This document shows, piece by piece, positions 40,373-49,525 of a stretch of DNA of 64,000 nucleotides. This stretch comes from Spirochaetia bacterium (GTDB lineage: Bacteria > Spirochaetota > Spirochaetia > UBA9216): NCBI GenBank assembly GCA_965140585.1, contig OZ223267.1, positions 320,001 through 384,000 on the forward strand. Reading direction: 5' to 3'. The translations under genes and the position numbers were made by a program. Below the pieces are notes generated by a model that ran no database searches, was not told the origin of the DNA, and saw nothing but the letters and a program-made list of their open reading frames with translations. Position 1 is the stretch's first letter; the number at the start of each line of letters is the position of its first letter.

Positions 40373-40639
40373 TTATTCTACTACAGCAAGAACGTCTGAC
40401 ATTCTTACAAGAAGGTACTCAACGCCGTCTGCTTCGAGTTTTGTTCCTGCGTATTTGTCATACATAACCTTATCACCGACTTTTACAGTGATAACATCCT
40501 TATCGTCTCCGATTTCTGCAATTACACCGGTATTGGTTTTTTCCTGTGCAGTCTGAGGAATGTAAAGACTTCCTACTTTCTGAGTATCTTCTGTTTCAAG
40601 TTTTACAAGGACTCTGTCGCCCAGAGGTTTAATTTTCAT
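40373..40639 (-). CDS. groES: Co-chaperonin GroES
   Basis: MKIKPLGDRVLV, VKVGDKV...KYAGT. Confidence 0.97.
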   Translation of the reverse strand: MKIKPLGDRVLVKLETEDTQKVGSLYIPQTAQEKTNTGVIAEIGDDKDVITVKVGDKVMYDKYAGTKLEADGVEYLLVRMSDVLAVVE

Positions 40640-40825
40640 ATTTTTTTCCTCCTAAAAATGTTCTGAGACTATGATTAAGAAATTCTATTTTTCTGAAAAA
40701 AATATACGAATGAATTTATTAATGGTCAAGATAATTTGGAATATTTAGAAAATATTTTTTATTTGCCATCTCATGTCAAAAATATTATTTTCTATACAGT
40801 AAAGAAGATATGGAAGGGCAAAATC

Positions 40826-41485
40826 ATGAAGCACTGGAAAAAAGAGCTGGAGCATGGGCGACAGCTCAATGAAGATGAAAACTATTCAGAAGCTCAGCAG
40901 GTTCTAGAGTCTGCTCTTCACGGCTGCCCTGATGAAGAGATTAAAGCTTCTGCTGAAATCATCTTTGAGATCGGAAGATCTTTCTTCGGACGCGGAATGC
41001 GCGGTATTGCAATAAAGAATATGCTGGCCGCAGCAAGAATAAGCAGTATAGAATCACACACAGACAACATGATCAAATGTCTTGTTAATGAATATGGAAT
41101 GCCTGCACAGAAATCGAAGGCTGCTGATGATGAGGCTGCTTTTACGGCTGTTCAGCTTTTAAGATATCTTAGTACGAAGAAGTCAGCCAAATTCGGTACT
41201 CTGGCAGAAAAGGACATGGTTCTTGATCTTGTTTCGGAGGCCTGGTCTGATTTTAAAGATAATTATGATTTATCAGGATTATCCGCCAGGGAGAAAGTTC
41301 ACAGTTTCAAATGCTACGTTATCATCTTCCCATCTTTCAATGTTCCCGATTCAGACTTTTATACAGATGACAACATTATTTTTCATGATTTCGGGAATGA
41401 TTTATGCAGCTGCGGAAGCGGATTACCCTATATGTGGTGCTGCGGGCGCATAAAATCGCTCTATGAGATAGAAAACGGGAAATAA
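40826..41485 (+). CDS. Hypothetical protein: TPR-like N-terminus, C-terminal SEC-C-like motif
   Basis: CSCGSGLPYMWCCG; NEYGM motif; start set at MKHWK. Confidence 0.75.
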   Translation: MKHWKKELEHGRQLNEDENYSEAQQVLESALHGCPDEEIKASAEIIFEIGRSFFGRGMRGIAIKNMLAAARISSIESHTDNMIKCLVNEYGMPAQKSKAADDEAAFTAVQLLRYLSTKKSAKFGTLAEKDMVLDLVSEAWSDFKDNYDLSGLSAREKVHSFKCYVIIFPSFNVPDSDFYTDDNIIFHDFGNDLCSCGSGLPYMWCCGRIKSLYEIENGK

Positions 41486-41515
41486 TGACCCAAAATGAGT
41501 GCCTTTTTCTATCAC

Positions 41516-41532
41516 TGTGTCAAATTGATACA
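41516..41532. promoter_or_regulatory. Putative sigma54 enhancer (bEBP upstream activating site)
   Basis: Near-perfect palindrome TGTGTCA-AAT-TGATACA about 100 bp upstream of a -24/-12 promoter. Confidence 0.5.
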
Positions 41533-41625
41533 ATTGGTATTAAGGCTGTTTAAGACTTATCTTTTTGTTAATTTATAAATGCTTATAATATAAAGAATTA
41601 TTGTGTTTTATCTAATCTTGTTTTT

Positions 41626-41643
41626 TTGGCATGCTACCTGCTT
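41626..41643 (+). promoter_or_regulatory. sigma54 (RpoN) -24/-12 promoter
   Basis: TTGGCATGCTACCTGCTT: GG (41628-9), N10, GC (41640-1). Confidence 0.75.
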
Positions 41644-41664
41644 TATAGTATACGGAGGAACAGA

Positions 41665-42528
41665 ATGAACAAGATTAAGAGTTACGAAGATGAAAACATA
41701 TTATCGATTTACCTGAAAGAAATAAATAAGATTCCTCTGTTAACCAGAGAAGAAGAAGATGATTATGCAAGAAGAGCTGCCAAAGGTGAGAAAGCAGCAA
41801 TTGATGCCCTTGTCAAAGGAAATTTGCGTTTTGTTGTAAACGTTGCAAAGAAATATCAGAATCAGGGAATGCCTTTATCAGATTTGATTAACGAAGGCAA
41901 TATCGGATTAATGAATGCCATAGAGAGATATGATGTAGATAAGGGATACCACTTTATATCATATGCTGTTTGGTGGATAAGACAGGCTATACTTAAAGCA
42001 ATTTGCGAGAAGTCCAGAATGATAAGACTTCCGCTTAACCGGGCTAATGAACTTGTACAGATCGAAAAAGCAAGAAAGGCCCTTCTCTCAGACAAAGGAG
42101 AAAATCCTGATGTTAATGACATCGCCTGGGCAGTCAATATGGACAGTGAGCATGTTTCAAGTTTAATGAATATTTCACGTGAACATATATCGCTTGAGAC
42201 TCCGGTTTATGAAGAACGTGATTCTTCACAGCTTGGCGATTTTATCGAGGATGAAGATTATACCAGCCCGGAGGAGGCTGCGATATCCAACCAGCTGAGA
42301 GAAGATATAAATACTATACTCAGTACCCTTAGTGATAAGGAAGCTGATATTATTGAACTTCGGTTCGGTCTGAACGGTAAGGCTCCGCTTTCACTTAAGG
42401 AAATAGGTGACAGATATAACCTTACTAAGGAAAGAATACGTCAGATCGAGAAGAAAGCACTGGCAAGAATGAGACATCCGTCCAGAAGCAAGTATCTTGA
42501 AGCTTATGCGGATGTGCAGACGGCTTAA
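41665..42528 (+). CDS. RNA polymerase sigma factor, RpoS-like (no region 1.1)
   Basis: YLKEI..IPLLT.EEE, NLRFVV.VAK, DLINEGNIGL, SYAVWWIRQ, TKERIRQIE; 287 aa. Confidence 0.9.
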   Translation: MNKIKSYEDENILSIYLKEINKIPLLTREEEDDYARRAAKGEKAAIDALVKGNLRFVVNVAKKYQNQGMPLSDLINEGNIGLMNAIERYDVDKGYHFISYAVWWIRQAILKAICEKSRMIRLPLNRANELVQIEKARKALLSDKGENPDVNDIAWAVNMDSEHVSSLMNISREHISLETPVYEERDSSQLGDFIEDEDYTSPEEAAISNQLREDINTILSTLSDKEADIIELRFGLNGKAPLSLKEIGDRYNLTKERIRQIEKKALARMRHPSRSKYLEAYADVQTA

Positions 42529-42600
42529 TGTTGCTGCAGAATTGTTCAGTAATGCCGGTCATTACGTTAAAAAATGCATACATGTTCTTGTGAGCAGGCA

Positions 42601-42646
42601 AATGCCCTGATGTTATATTGACATTAGGGCATTATTATTTTACTTT
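42601..42646 (+). terminator. Hairpin after the sigma gene, overlapping a possible ppdK promoter
   Basis: AATGCCCTGATGT/ACATTAGGGCATT stem then T-rich tract; overlapping TTGACA-N17-TACTTT. Confidence 0.5.
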
Positions 42647-42717
42647 GTTTATTATTTATCTATCCACAATATAATTACATATGCTCTTACTTATAACTTT
42701 GGAGGGTTACAATTTTT

Positions 42718-45384
42718 ATGGCAAAAACAAAATTTATTTATTTTTTCGGAAACGGAAAAGCCGAAGGTGATGCCAGCATGAAAGAACTGCTGGGCGGAAA
42801 GGGTGCAAACCTTGCAGAAATGACCAGTCTTGGTATTCCGGTACCGCCCGGATTCACAATATCTACAGAAGTATGTGATGAGTTCTACAAAAATAACAGA
42901 AAATATCCAGCAGGACTGAATGAGGAACTTGATTCCACACTTGATAAGCTTGAAAAGCTGATGGGTAAAAAACTCGGAGATCCCTCCGATCCTCTTCTCG
43001 TTTCAGTACGTTCAGGTGCAGCAGTTTCAATGCCCGGCATGATGGACACTATTCTTAACCTTGGTATGAACGACCAAGCTGTTGTTGGTCTCTCGGAAAA
43101 AACAGAAAACGAAAGATTTGCATGGGATGCGTACAGAAGATTTATTCAGATGTACAGTAATGTTGCTCTCGGCATGGATATTAACGTTTTTGAAGATATT
43201 CTTGAATCAATGAAGCACAAGAAGGGTGTTGAACAGGATACTGAACTTGATGCTGAAGATCTTAAGAAGCTTGTTTCCCTCTACAAAGATGCTTTTAAAA
43301 AGGTTCAGAAAAAACCCTTCCCGCAGGATCCAATGGTTCAGCTTCAGGGTGCTATTGATGCAGTTTTCGGCTCATGGAATAATCCCAAAGCCATTAAATA
43401 CAGAGATATTAATTCAATTAAAAACCTCAAGGGTACAGCTGTAAACGTACAGTCAATGGTATTCGGTAACTTCGGTGACGATTCAGGTACCGGTGTATGT
43501 TTCTCAAGAGACCCATCAACAGGTCAGAATGTTTTCTACGGCGAATATCTGATGAACGCACAGGGTGAAGACGTTGTAGCAGGAATTAGAACTCCGGAAA
43601 AACTTTCCAAGCTTGCAAAGCAGGATAAGGGGATCTATCAGCAGCTTGTTGATATTAAAGATAAACTTGAAAAACACTACCGTGATATGCAGGACATGGA
43701 ATTCACAATCCAGCAGGGAAAACTTTTCATTCTTCAGACAAGAAACGGAAAGAGAACCGGTGCTTCTGCTGTAAAGGTAGCTGTTGACCTGGTTAATGAA
43801 AAACTTATAAGCAAAGAAGAAGCAATGTTCAGGGTTGATGCAGATCAGCTTGATCAGCTTTTTCACCCGTTGATTGATCCGAAAGTTAAGAAAACTCTTT
43901 CAGCACTTGCAAAGGGTCTTAATGCATCTCCCGGTGCTGCATCAGGAAAGATTGTCTTTTCTGCAGATGAAGCAGAAGCCTGGGTTGCAAAGGGCGAAAG
44001 CAAGGTTCTTCTTGTAAGAAAGGAAACCTCGCCCGATGATATCGGAGGAATGAACGTCGCTCAGGGTATTCTAACCTCTACCGGAGGTATGACCAGCCAT
44101 GCTGCTGTTGTTGCACGAGGAATGGGACGTCCATGTGTTGCGGGCTGTAAAGACGTTGTTATCAGCGGAAAGACTATGAAAGTCGGCGGAAAGACCTTCA
44201 AAGAAGGTGCGTGGATAACAATAGACGGTTCAACCGGTGAGGTTTTTGAAGGCCAGGTAGAAACCATGGCTCCGAAGATGTCAAAAGAACTTAATGATTT
44301 CCTTGGATGGGCAGATACAATCAGACTTAATGCAAAGAGAGAAGGTCTTGCACAGAAGGGCTTCCTTGTCAGAACCAATGCTGATCAGCCTGCTGATGCA
44401 AAGCTTGCAAGAAACTTCGGTGCTGAAGGTATAGGTCTCTGCCGAACCGAGCACATGTTCTTTGACGAAGGCAAGCTTGAATACTTCCAGGAAATGATTG
44501 TTGCAGATACAACAGACGAAAGAAAGAAGGCACTTAAAAAGATCCTTTCTCTTCAGACAAAGGACTTCAAAGGTATTTTCAAGGCTATGGCAGGACTTCC
44601 TGTTACAGTAAGACTTCTTGATCCTCCTCTGCATGAGTTTGTTCCACAGACAAAGGCTGATATTAAGGCCCTTGCAGAACAGATGGGTAAAAGTCCAAAA
44701 GAACTTACCGAGAAGATTGCTTCACTGCATGAATCAAACCCGATGCTCGGACACAGAGGCTGTCGACTTGGTGTTACTTATCCTGAAATCTATGATATGC
44801 AGGTCGAGGCAATCATCACTGCTGCAGTAGATGTAGCTTCAAAGGGTGCAAAGGTTATTCCTGAAATCATGATTCCGCTTGTTGGAACATGGCAGGAGCT
44901 CAGCACTCTCAGGGCTAATGCAGAAGAAGTAATTAAAGCTGTATTTGCAAAGAAGAAAAAGAAAGTTGACTATAAGATTGGTACAATGATTGAGATACCA
45001 AGAGCTGCACTTACAGCTGATGAAGTTGCACAGTATGCAGATTTCTTCTCATTCGGTACAAACGATCTTACTCAGATGACTTTCGGTCTTTCACGAGATG
45101 ATGCAGGTGCATTCCTTCCTTCATATATTCAGCAGAATATTCTTGAAAAAGATCCTACAGCATCTCTTGACCAGAGCGGTGTTGGTAAACTTGTTTCAAT
45201 GGCATCAGAGCTTGGCCGGGGCGTTAAAGCAGATCTCAAACTCGGTATCTGCGGCGAGCACGGCGGTGATCCTGCTTCTATTGATTTCTGTTACAGAACA
45301 AACCTGAACTATGTTTCATGTTCTCCATACAGAGTTCCAATTGCAAGACATGCAGCAGCACAGGCTGTTCTTCGAAACAAATAA
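42718..45384 (+). CDS. ppdK: Pyruvate, phosphate dikinase
   Basis: LLGGKGANLAEM, LVSVRSGA, GGMTSHAAVVARG, GLCRTEHMF, GICGEHGG. Confidence 0.98.
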   Translation: MAKTKFIYFFGNGKAEGDASMKELLGGKGANLAEMTSLGIPVPPGFTISTEVCDEFYKNNRKYPAGLNEELDSTLDKLEKLMGKKLGDPSDPLLVSVRSGAAVSMPGMMDTILNLGMNDQAVVGLSEKTENERFAWDAYRRFIQMYSNVALGMDINVFEDILESMKHKKGVEQDTELDAEDLKKLVSLYKDAFKKVQKKPFPQDPMVQLQGAIDAVFGSWNNPKAIKYRDINSIKNLKGTAVNVQSMVFGNFGDDSGTGVCFSRDPSTGQNVFYGEYLMNAQGEDVVAGIRTPEKLSKLAKQDKGIYQQLVDIKDKLEKHYRDMQDMEFTIQQGKLFILQTRNGKRTGASAVKVAVDLVNEKLISKEEAMFRVDADQLDQLFHPLIDPKVKKTLSALAKGLNASPGAASGKIVFSADEAEAWVAKGESKVLLVRKETSPDDIGGMNVAQGILTSTGGMTSHAAVVARGMGRPCVAGCKDVVISGKTMKVGGKTFKEGAWITIDGSTGEVFEGQVETMAPKMSKELNDFLGWADTIRLNAKREGLAQKGFLVRTNADQPADAKLARNFGAEGIGLCRTEHMFFDEGKLEYFQEMIVADTTDERKKALKKILSLQTKDFKGIFKAMAGLPVTVRLLDPPLHEFVPQTKADIKALAEQMGKSPKELTEKIASLHESNPMLGHRGCRLGVTYPEIYDMQVEAIITAAVDVASKGAKVIPEIMIPLVGTWQELSTLRANAEEVIKAVFAKKKKKVDYKIGTMIEIPRAALTADEVAQYADFFSFGTNDLTQMTFGLSRDDAGAFLPSYIQQNILEKDPTASLDQSGVGKLVSMASELGRGVKADLKLGICGEHGGDPASIDFCYRTNLNYVSCSPYRVPIARHAAAQAVLRNK

Positions 45385-45402
45385 TCTTAGACAATATAAT
45401 CT

Positions 45403-45432
45403 GGGCTGACCGTCACCGGTCAGCCTTTTTTT
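45403..45432 (+). terminator. Rho-independent terminator of ppdK
   Basis: GGCTGACCG-TCAC-CGGTCAGCC followed by T7. Confidence 0.9.
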
Positions 45433-45487
45433 ATATACATTCAGCTGAATGGGTTAATCTGTATAGCAAATATGCTATAATCAACAC

Positions 45488-46528
45488 ATGAATGGAACTG
45501 AATTATTTATTAAGAAAATGCCGAAAGTTGAACTGCATGTTCACCTTGAAGGCTCGGTAAAACCGAAAACCCTGCTAGAACTTGCAAAAAAGAATAATGT
45601 AGAACTTCCGTACGATACACTGGAAGGATTAAAAGACTGGTACAAGTTCGAAAACTTCGATCGGTTTATAGAGGTCTACCTTAAAATATGTGAATGTATA
45701 AAAACTGCAGAAGATATTACACTAGTAGCATCTGAATTCCTTAAAGGCCAGGCTGAACAGAATATCATATATTCAGAAATTACATGGACACCTTTTACTC
45801 ATCTTAAACAGCATGGTATTTCCATTGATGAACAGGCTGCAGCCCTTGCTGAGGCCTCTGTAAAGGCCGAGGATGAATACGGTATACACAGCCGTTATAT
45901 ATTTGATATTTCAAGGCAGGAATCACCTGAAGACGGTCTGGTAACTGCAAAATGGCTTGCGGATAATGCTAACAACGGTTTAACAGTTGCACTGGGTCTT
46001 GGAGGGCCGGAAGCGGATTACCCCGCTGAAATCCATTACGAATCATTTAAAACTGTTAAAGATGCAGGTATTTATGCCGTTCCGCATGCAGGTGAGACAG
46101 CCGGGCCTGAAAGTATACGCTCGGCATTTGAGCAGCCTGGAACGGCTCGAATCGGACACGGGGTAAGGCTGGTAGAGGATTTGGAACTGCTTGATGAAGT
46201 AAAACGTAACGGTATTGTTCTTGAAGTCTGTCCGACAAGTAATATCTGTCTTAAAGTTTATTCTGATTACAGTAAACACAGTCTTCCGGAGCTTATAGAC
46301 AAAGGAATAATGGTTACCATCAATTCGGATGACCCTCCAATGTTCAATACGACACTTACAAACGAGTATCAGTTGATTCATGAATACTACGGATACGGAG
46401 TGAAGGATTTTTACCGGTTTAACCGTACAGCTCTTGCTGTAGCCCTCTGTGACAACAGGACAAAGCTGATAATCAGTTCAGACTATGAAAACAAATGGAA
46501 AGAAAGCCTGAAGATACTGGAAGAATAA
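45488..46528 (+). CDS. add: Adenosine/adenine deaminase
   Basis: PKVELHVHLEG, HAGE, RIGHG, EVCPTSN, NSDDP. Confidence 0.93.
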   Translation: MNGTELFIKKMPKVELHVHLEGSVKPKTLLELAKKNNVELPYDTLEGLKDWYKFENFDRFIEVYLKICECIKTAEDITLVASEFLKGQAEQNIIYSEITWTPFTHLKQHGISIDEQAAALAEASVKAEDEYGIHSRYIFDISRQESPEDGLVTAKWLADNANNGLTVALGLGGPEADYPAEIHYESFKTVKDAGIYAVPHAGETAGPESIRSAFEQPGTARIGHGVRLVEDLELLDEVKRNGIVLEVCPTSNICLKVYSDYSKHSLPELIDKGIMVTINSDDPPMFNTTLTNEYQLIHEYYGYGVKDFYRFNRTALAVALCDNRTKLIISSDYENKWKESLKILEE

Positions 46529-47217
46529 TTAGAGAACTATACGATGCCCTTCTGTCCGTGTACGGTCCGCAGGGCTGGTGGCCTCTTAGATCTCGCAGGG
46601 ACGGGACGGGATTTACTCCCGGAGGTTATCATCCGGGTATTTCAGCAGAATTATCTTTCGATGAAAAATTCGAGATTTCTGCCGGTGCCGTACTTACACA
46701 GAATACAGCCTGGAACAATGCTGCATCTGCGATAGATTCTATGCTTGACGCAGGGCTTTTAGAAACTGAATCCGTAGCTTCCTGTGAACTTGGAAAATTG
46801 GCCGGCCTTATCAGAAGCAGCGGATATTTTAATCAGAAGGCTGAGCGGCTGAAGGTTCTGGCTGATTTTTATCTCCGTAAGCACGGAGAAATTCCGGAAA
46901 GAACTGAGCTGCTGATGCTGAAAGGCATTGGTCCGGAAACTGCTGATTCTATTCTTCTGTATGCCTGGAATATTCCTTTTTTTGTTATAGATGCCTATAC
47001 AAGGCGTATTCTGTCAAAAATTACTGATGATGACAGTTGGCAGAGAATGCAATATGAAGATGCGAGACATATTTTTGAATTGTCCCTGGATCGTTCAGTA
47101 GGTACCTTTCAGGAATATCATGCCCTTATAGTTATTCATGGTAAGACTTTCTGCAGGAAGTCTCCTGTTTGTGAGGGTTGTCATCTTGTTTCTATGTGTA
47201 AGTATGGGGAAAAATGA
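46495..47217 (+). CDS. Endonuclease III-related HhH-GPD protein
   Basis: GPQGWWP, AVLTQNTAW, GIGPETADSILLYA, C-terminal C..P.C..C....C Fe-S motif. Confidence 0.9.
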   Translation: MERKPEDTGRIIRELYDALLSVYGPQGWWPLRSRRDGTGFTPGGYHPGISAELSFDEKFEISAGAVLTQNTAWNNAASAIDSMLDAGLLETESVASCELGKLAGLIRSSGYFNQKAERLKVLADFYLRKHGEIPERTELLMLKGIGPETADSILLYAWNIPFFVIDAYTRRILSKITDDDSWQRMQYEDARHIFELSLDRSVGTFQEYHALIVIHGKTFCRKSPVCEGCHLVSMCKYGEK

Positions 47218-47264
47218 TTGAAAAGTATTGAATTCTCGATTAATCTTTATATGGGGAGAAAAGC

Positions 47265-47789
47265 GTGAAAGAGATACAGGAAAAGCGTGCCTATATTGAT
47301 GAATTTCAAAAGCTTAGTATATTTCAGTTTATGTCTGCTGCCGAGATACTCAGCATAATCGAAGGCAGTGAATTAATCCTCTTTAATGACAGTGAAAAAA
47401 TAGTTACACAGGGTGAAATAAACCAGAATATTCTTGCAGTTGTAATGGGTACAGTACAGGTAAGTGTACGTGAAGAAAGCGGTAAGGATGTTTACATCAG
47501 CTCAATTGAGGCCGGAGAGATCTTCGGTGAGGCCGGTATGTTTCTTCGTGTTAAAAGAACCGCTAATATAGTAAGCCTTGATGAGTCTGTTATTCTGCGG
47601 ATACCAAGAAGCATTCTTATGGAGTTTATCAAACATAATTCATCAACCGGAAATAAACTTCTTCTTGTTGTCATTCACAGCCTGCTGAAGAAGCTTAGAA
47701 GTGCAAATCAGGATCTTGCTTTCGAAAAGATGTGTGATGTCCAGTTCAGCGAGGTTGATTCAATTATTGCAGAATTAAGCGATAAATAA
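47265..47789 (+). CDS. Cyclic nucleotide-binding domain protein (no HTH)
   Basis: GEIFGE...RTA phosphate-binding cassette; GTG start with SD. Confidence 0.85.
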   Translation: MKEIQEKRAYIDEFQKLSIFQFMSAAEILSIIEGSELILFNDSEKIVTQGEINQNILAVVMGTVQVSVREESGKDVYISSIEAGEIFGEAGMFLRVKRTANIVSLDESVILRIPRSILMEFIKHNSSTGNKLLLVVIHSLLKKLRSANQDLAFEKMCDVQFSEVDSIIAELSDK

Positions 47790-47800
47790 GCGGACCGGCA

Positions 47801-49525
47801 GTGAGGTCATTCAAGTCCCTTATAATTTATATTATATTTTTTCTAATCATTGTATCAATGCCGGTTTTTTCTGGAGATACGGAACTTTCAGAATTATGGA
47901 AGTACTCGGCCGGCGGAAAACTCCTGAGCAGTCCTATCATAACAGAATTTGGAACAGTCTATGTATATGCGGAAGACAGGCATCTGCATGCAATTAATGC
48001 CGCTGGTGAGTTTCTATGGAAGTGCAGGATTACCGGTACTCCGGCCGATTCCCTGGCTGTAGGGCCGGACAATACTATTTACGTCTGCAATAAGGAAGGT
48101 ATTCTGCATGCGGTTAATCCAGGGGGGCAGGTTATCTGGAAGGTCAGGACCGGCGGAGAGCCTGCAGGCGACCCCTCTATTGCCACAGACGGAACAGTCT
48201 GCGTTACTTCCAAAACAGGTACGGTAAGTCTTTTCAGTCATACCGGCCGATTACGATGGCTCTTTGATTCCGGTTCGCTTATTCAAGCTGCAGCAATTAT
48301 TGATACTTATCAGGGTTTATTCATCTCTTCCGATACTGAGGGAATTATTGCCTTAAGTCCTTGGGGCAGGGAGCTTTGGCGATGGAAGCCGGATAATTTT
48401 CAAAGCGGAACAGTGTTTCATCTTGCGGTCCATGATCACAGACTGTATTTTGCATCGACTGCCGGACTGACGGGAGCTTTTGACGGCAGCGGTACACTTT
48501 TATGGAGTACAGAAACAGGTTTTCCGTTTAATTCAATGATTCTCATCGACACCGGTATGCTGTGCAGCGGAAACGGAGGAAGGCTTGTATCAATTGATTA
48601 TTCAGGCTCTGAGCTTTTTAATAGAGTAATTAATGCAGATTTGAAAGCTCACCCTGCTGCCGGTCTCAACGGCATGTATTTTCTCAATGGCGCACATAAA
48701 CTGGTTCTTGTGAGTTATGAAGGCCGGATTATTGCATCTACAGAGGCTGAGGGCGATGTATTAAGTCAGTTCAGTCTGGGCGCAGGTAGAATTGTTACCG
48801 GAACCGACAGATGGATTGTTTACTGCTTCAGGGCTTCAATGCCGTTGAGCGGTTACTGGGCACAGAAGGGAAAGAATTCACTGCATGCCGGCAGTACAGT
48901 AAGTGAAAGTTATACAATTAATGAAAATATGTACCGGACAGTGATAGATTATGTATATCTGAGCAGTCTTCTTGAGTCGGATTCGGTTGATCAAAAAAAG
49001 AAGGCTTTATCTGAGATTTATGAGCGTATTCTTGATGACCGGGAAGATCGCGGAGAAAACTATCTGCTTCCGCTTCTTTACAAGGCAATGACTGAAGGAC
49101 GGACAAGGGTGAATACTGCCGGCGGATATGCATCATCGAACAATTATCCTTCGGTGCGTGCCGAGGCTGCCAGGCTGGCAGGGTATGCCGGAAATCTGGA
49201 AACAATTGAACTTATAGTATCGCTTCTGGATGGTGAAAAAGACGGTGAGGTACGAGTTCAGATGATAAGAGCACTCGGCCGTTTGAATTCGGATTACAAG
49301 GGGCTGGTCCTTCCTGCGCTCTACAGGCAGATACGGGGAGATTTTACCGGCATTCCTGATGAAAAAATTGCAACTACTACCGTTGATGCGGTAATATCGA
49401 TTATAATGTATTCAGGGGTGAAGGCTTCAGGATTTGGCCTGAAGCTTCTGCTTGAAATCAGCCGCGGTCCCTATTCGTCTGGAACCAGGGCCAGGGCTTC
49501 TGATGCTTTAAGGAGGATAATGTGA
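47801..49525 (+). CDS. Exported PQQ-like beta-propeller protein with C-terminal HEAT repeats
   Basis: Signal peptide; repeated LHA.N..G...W motifs; VR.EAA..., IRALG helices. Confidence 0.8.
   Translation: MRSFKSLIIYIIFFLIIVSMPVFSGDTELSELWKYSAGGKLLSSPIITEFGTVYVYAEDRHLHAINAAGEFLWKCRITGTPADSLAVGPDNTIYVCNKEGILHAVNPGGQVIWKVRTGGEPAGDPSIATDGTVCVTSKTGTVSLFSHTGRLRWLFDSGSLIQAAAIIDTYQGLFISSDTEGIIALSPWGRELWRWKPDNFQSGTVFHLAVHDHRLYFASTAGLTGAFDGSGTLLWSTETGFPFNSMILIDTGMLCSGNGGRLVSIDYSGSELFNRVINADLKAHPAAGLNGMYFLNGAHKLVLVSYEGRIIASTEAEGDVLSQFSLGAGRIVTGTDRWIVYCFRASMPLSGYWAQKGKNSLHAGSTVSESYTINENMYRTVIDYVYLSSLLESDSVDQKKKALSEIYERILDDREDRGENYLLPLLYKAMTEGRTRVNTAGGYASSNNYPSVRAEAARLAGYAGNLETIELIVSLLDGEKDGEVRVQMIRALGRLNSDYKGLVLPALYRQIRGDFTGIPDEKIATTTVDAVISIIMYSGVKASGFGLKLLLEISRGPYSSGTRARASDALRRIM

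Noticed and set aside
42660-42668. DnaA-box-like CTATCCACA upstream of ppdK
   Set aside because: Single site with a mismatch, no cluster and no oriC-associated genes
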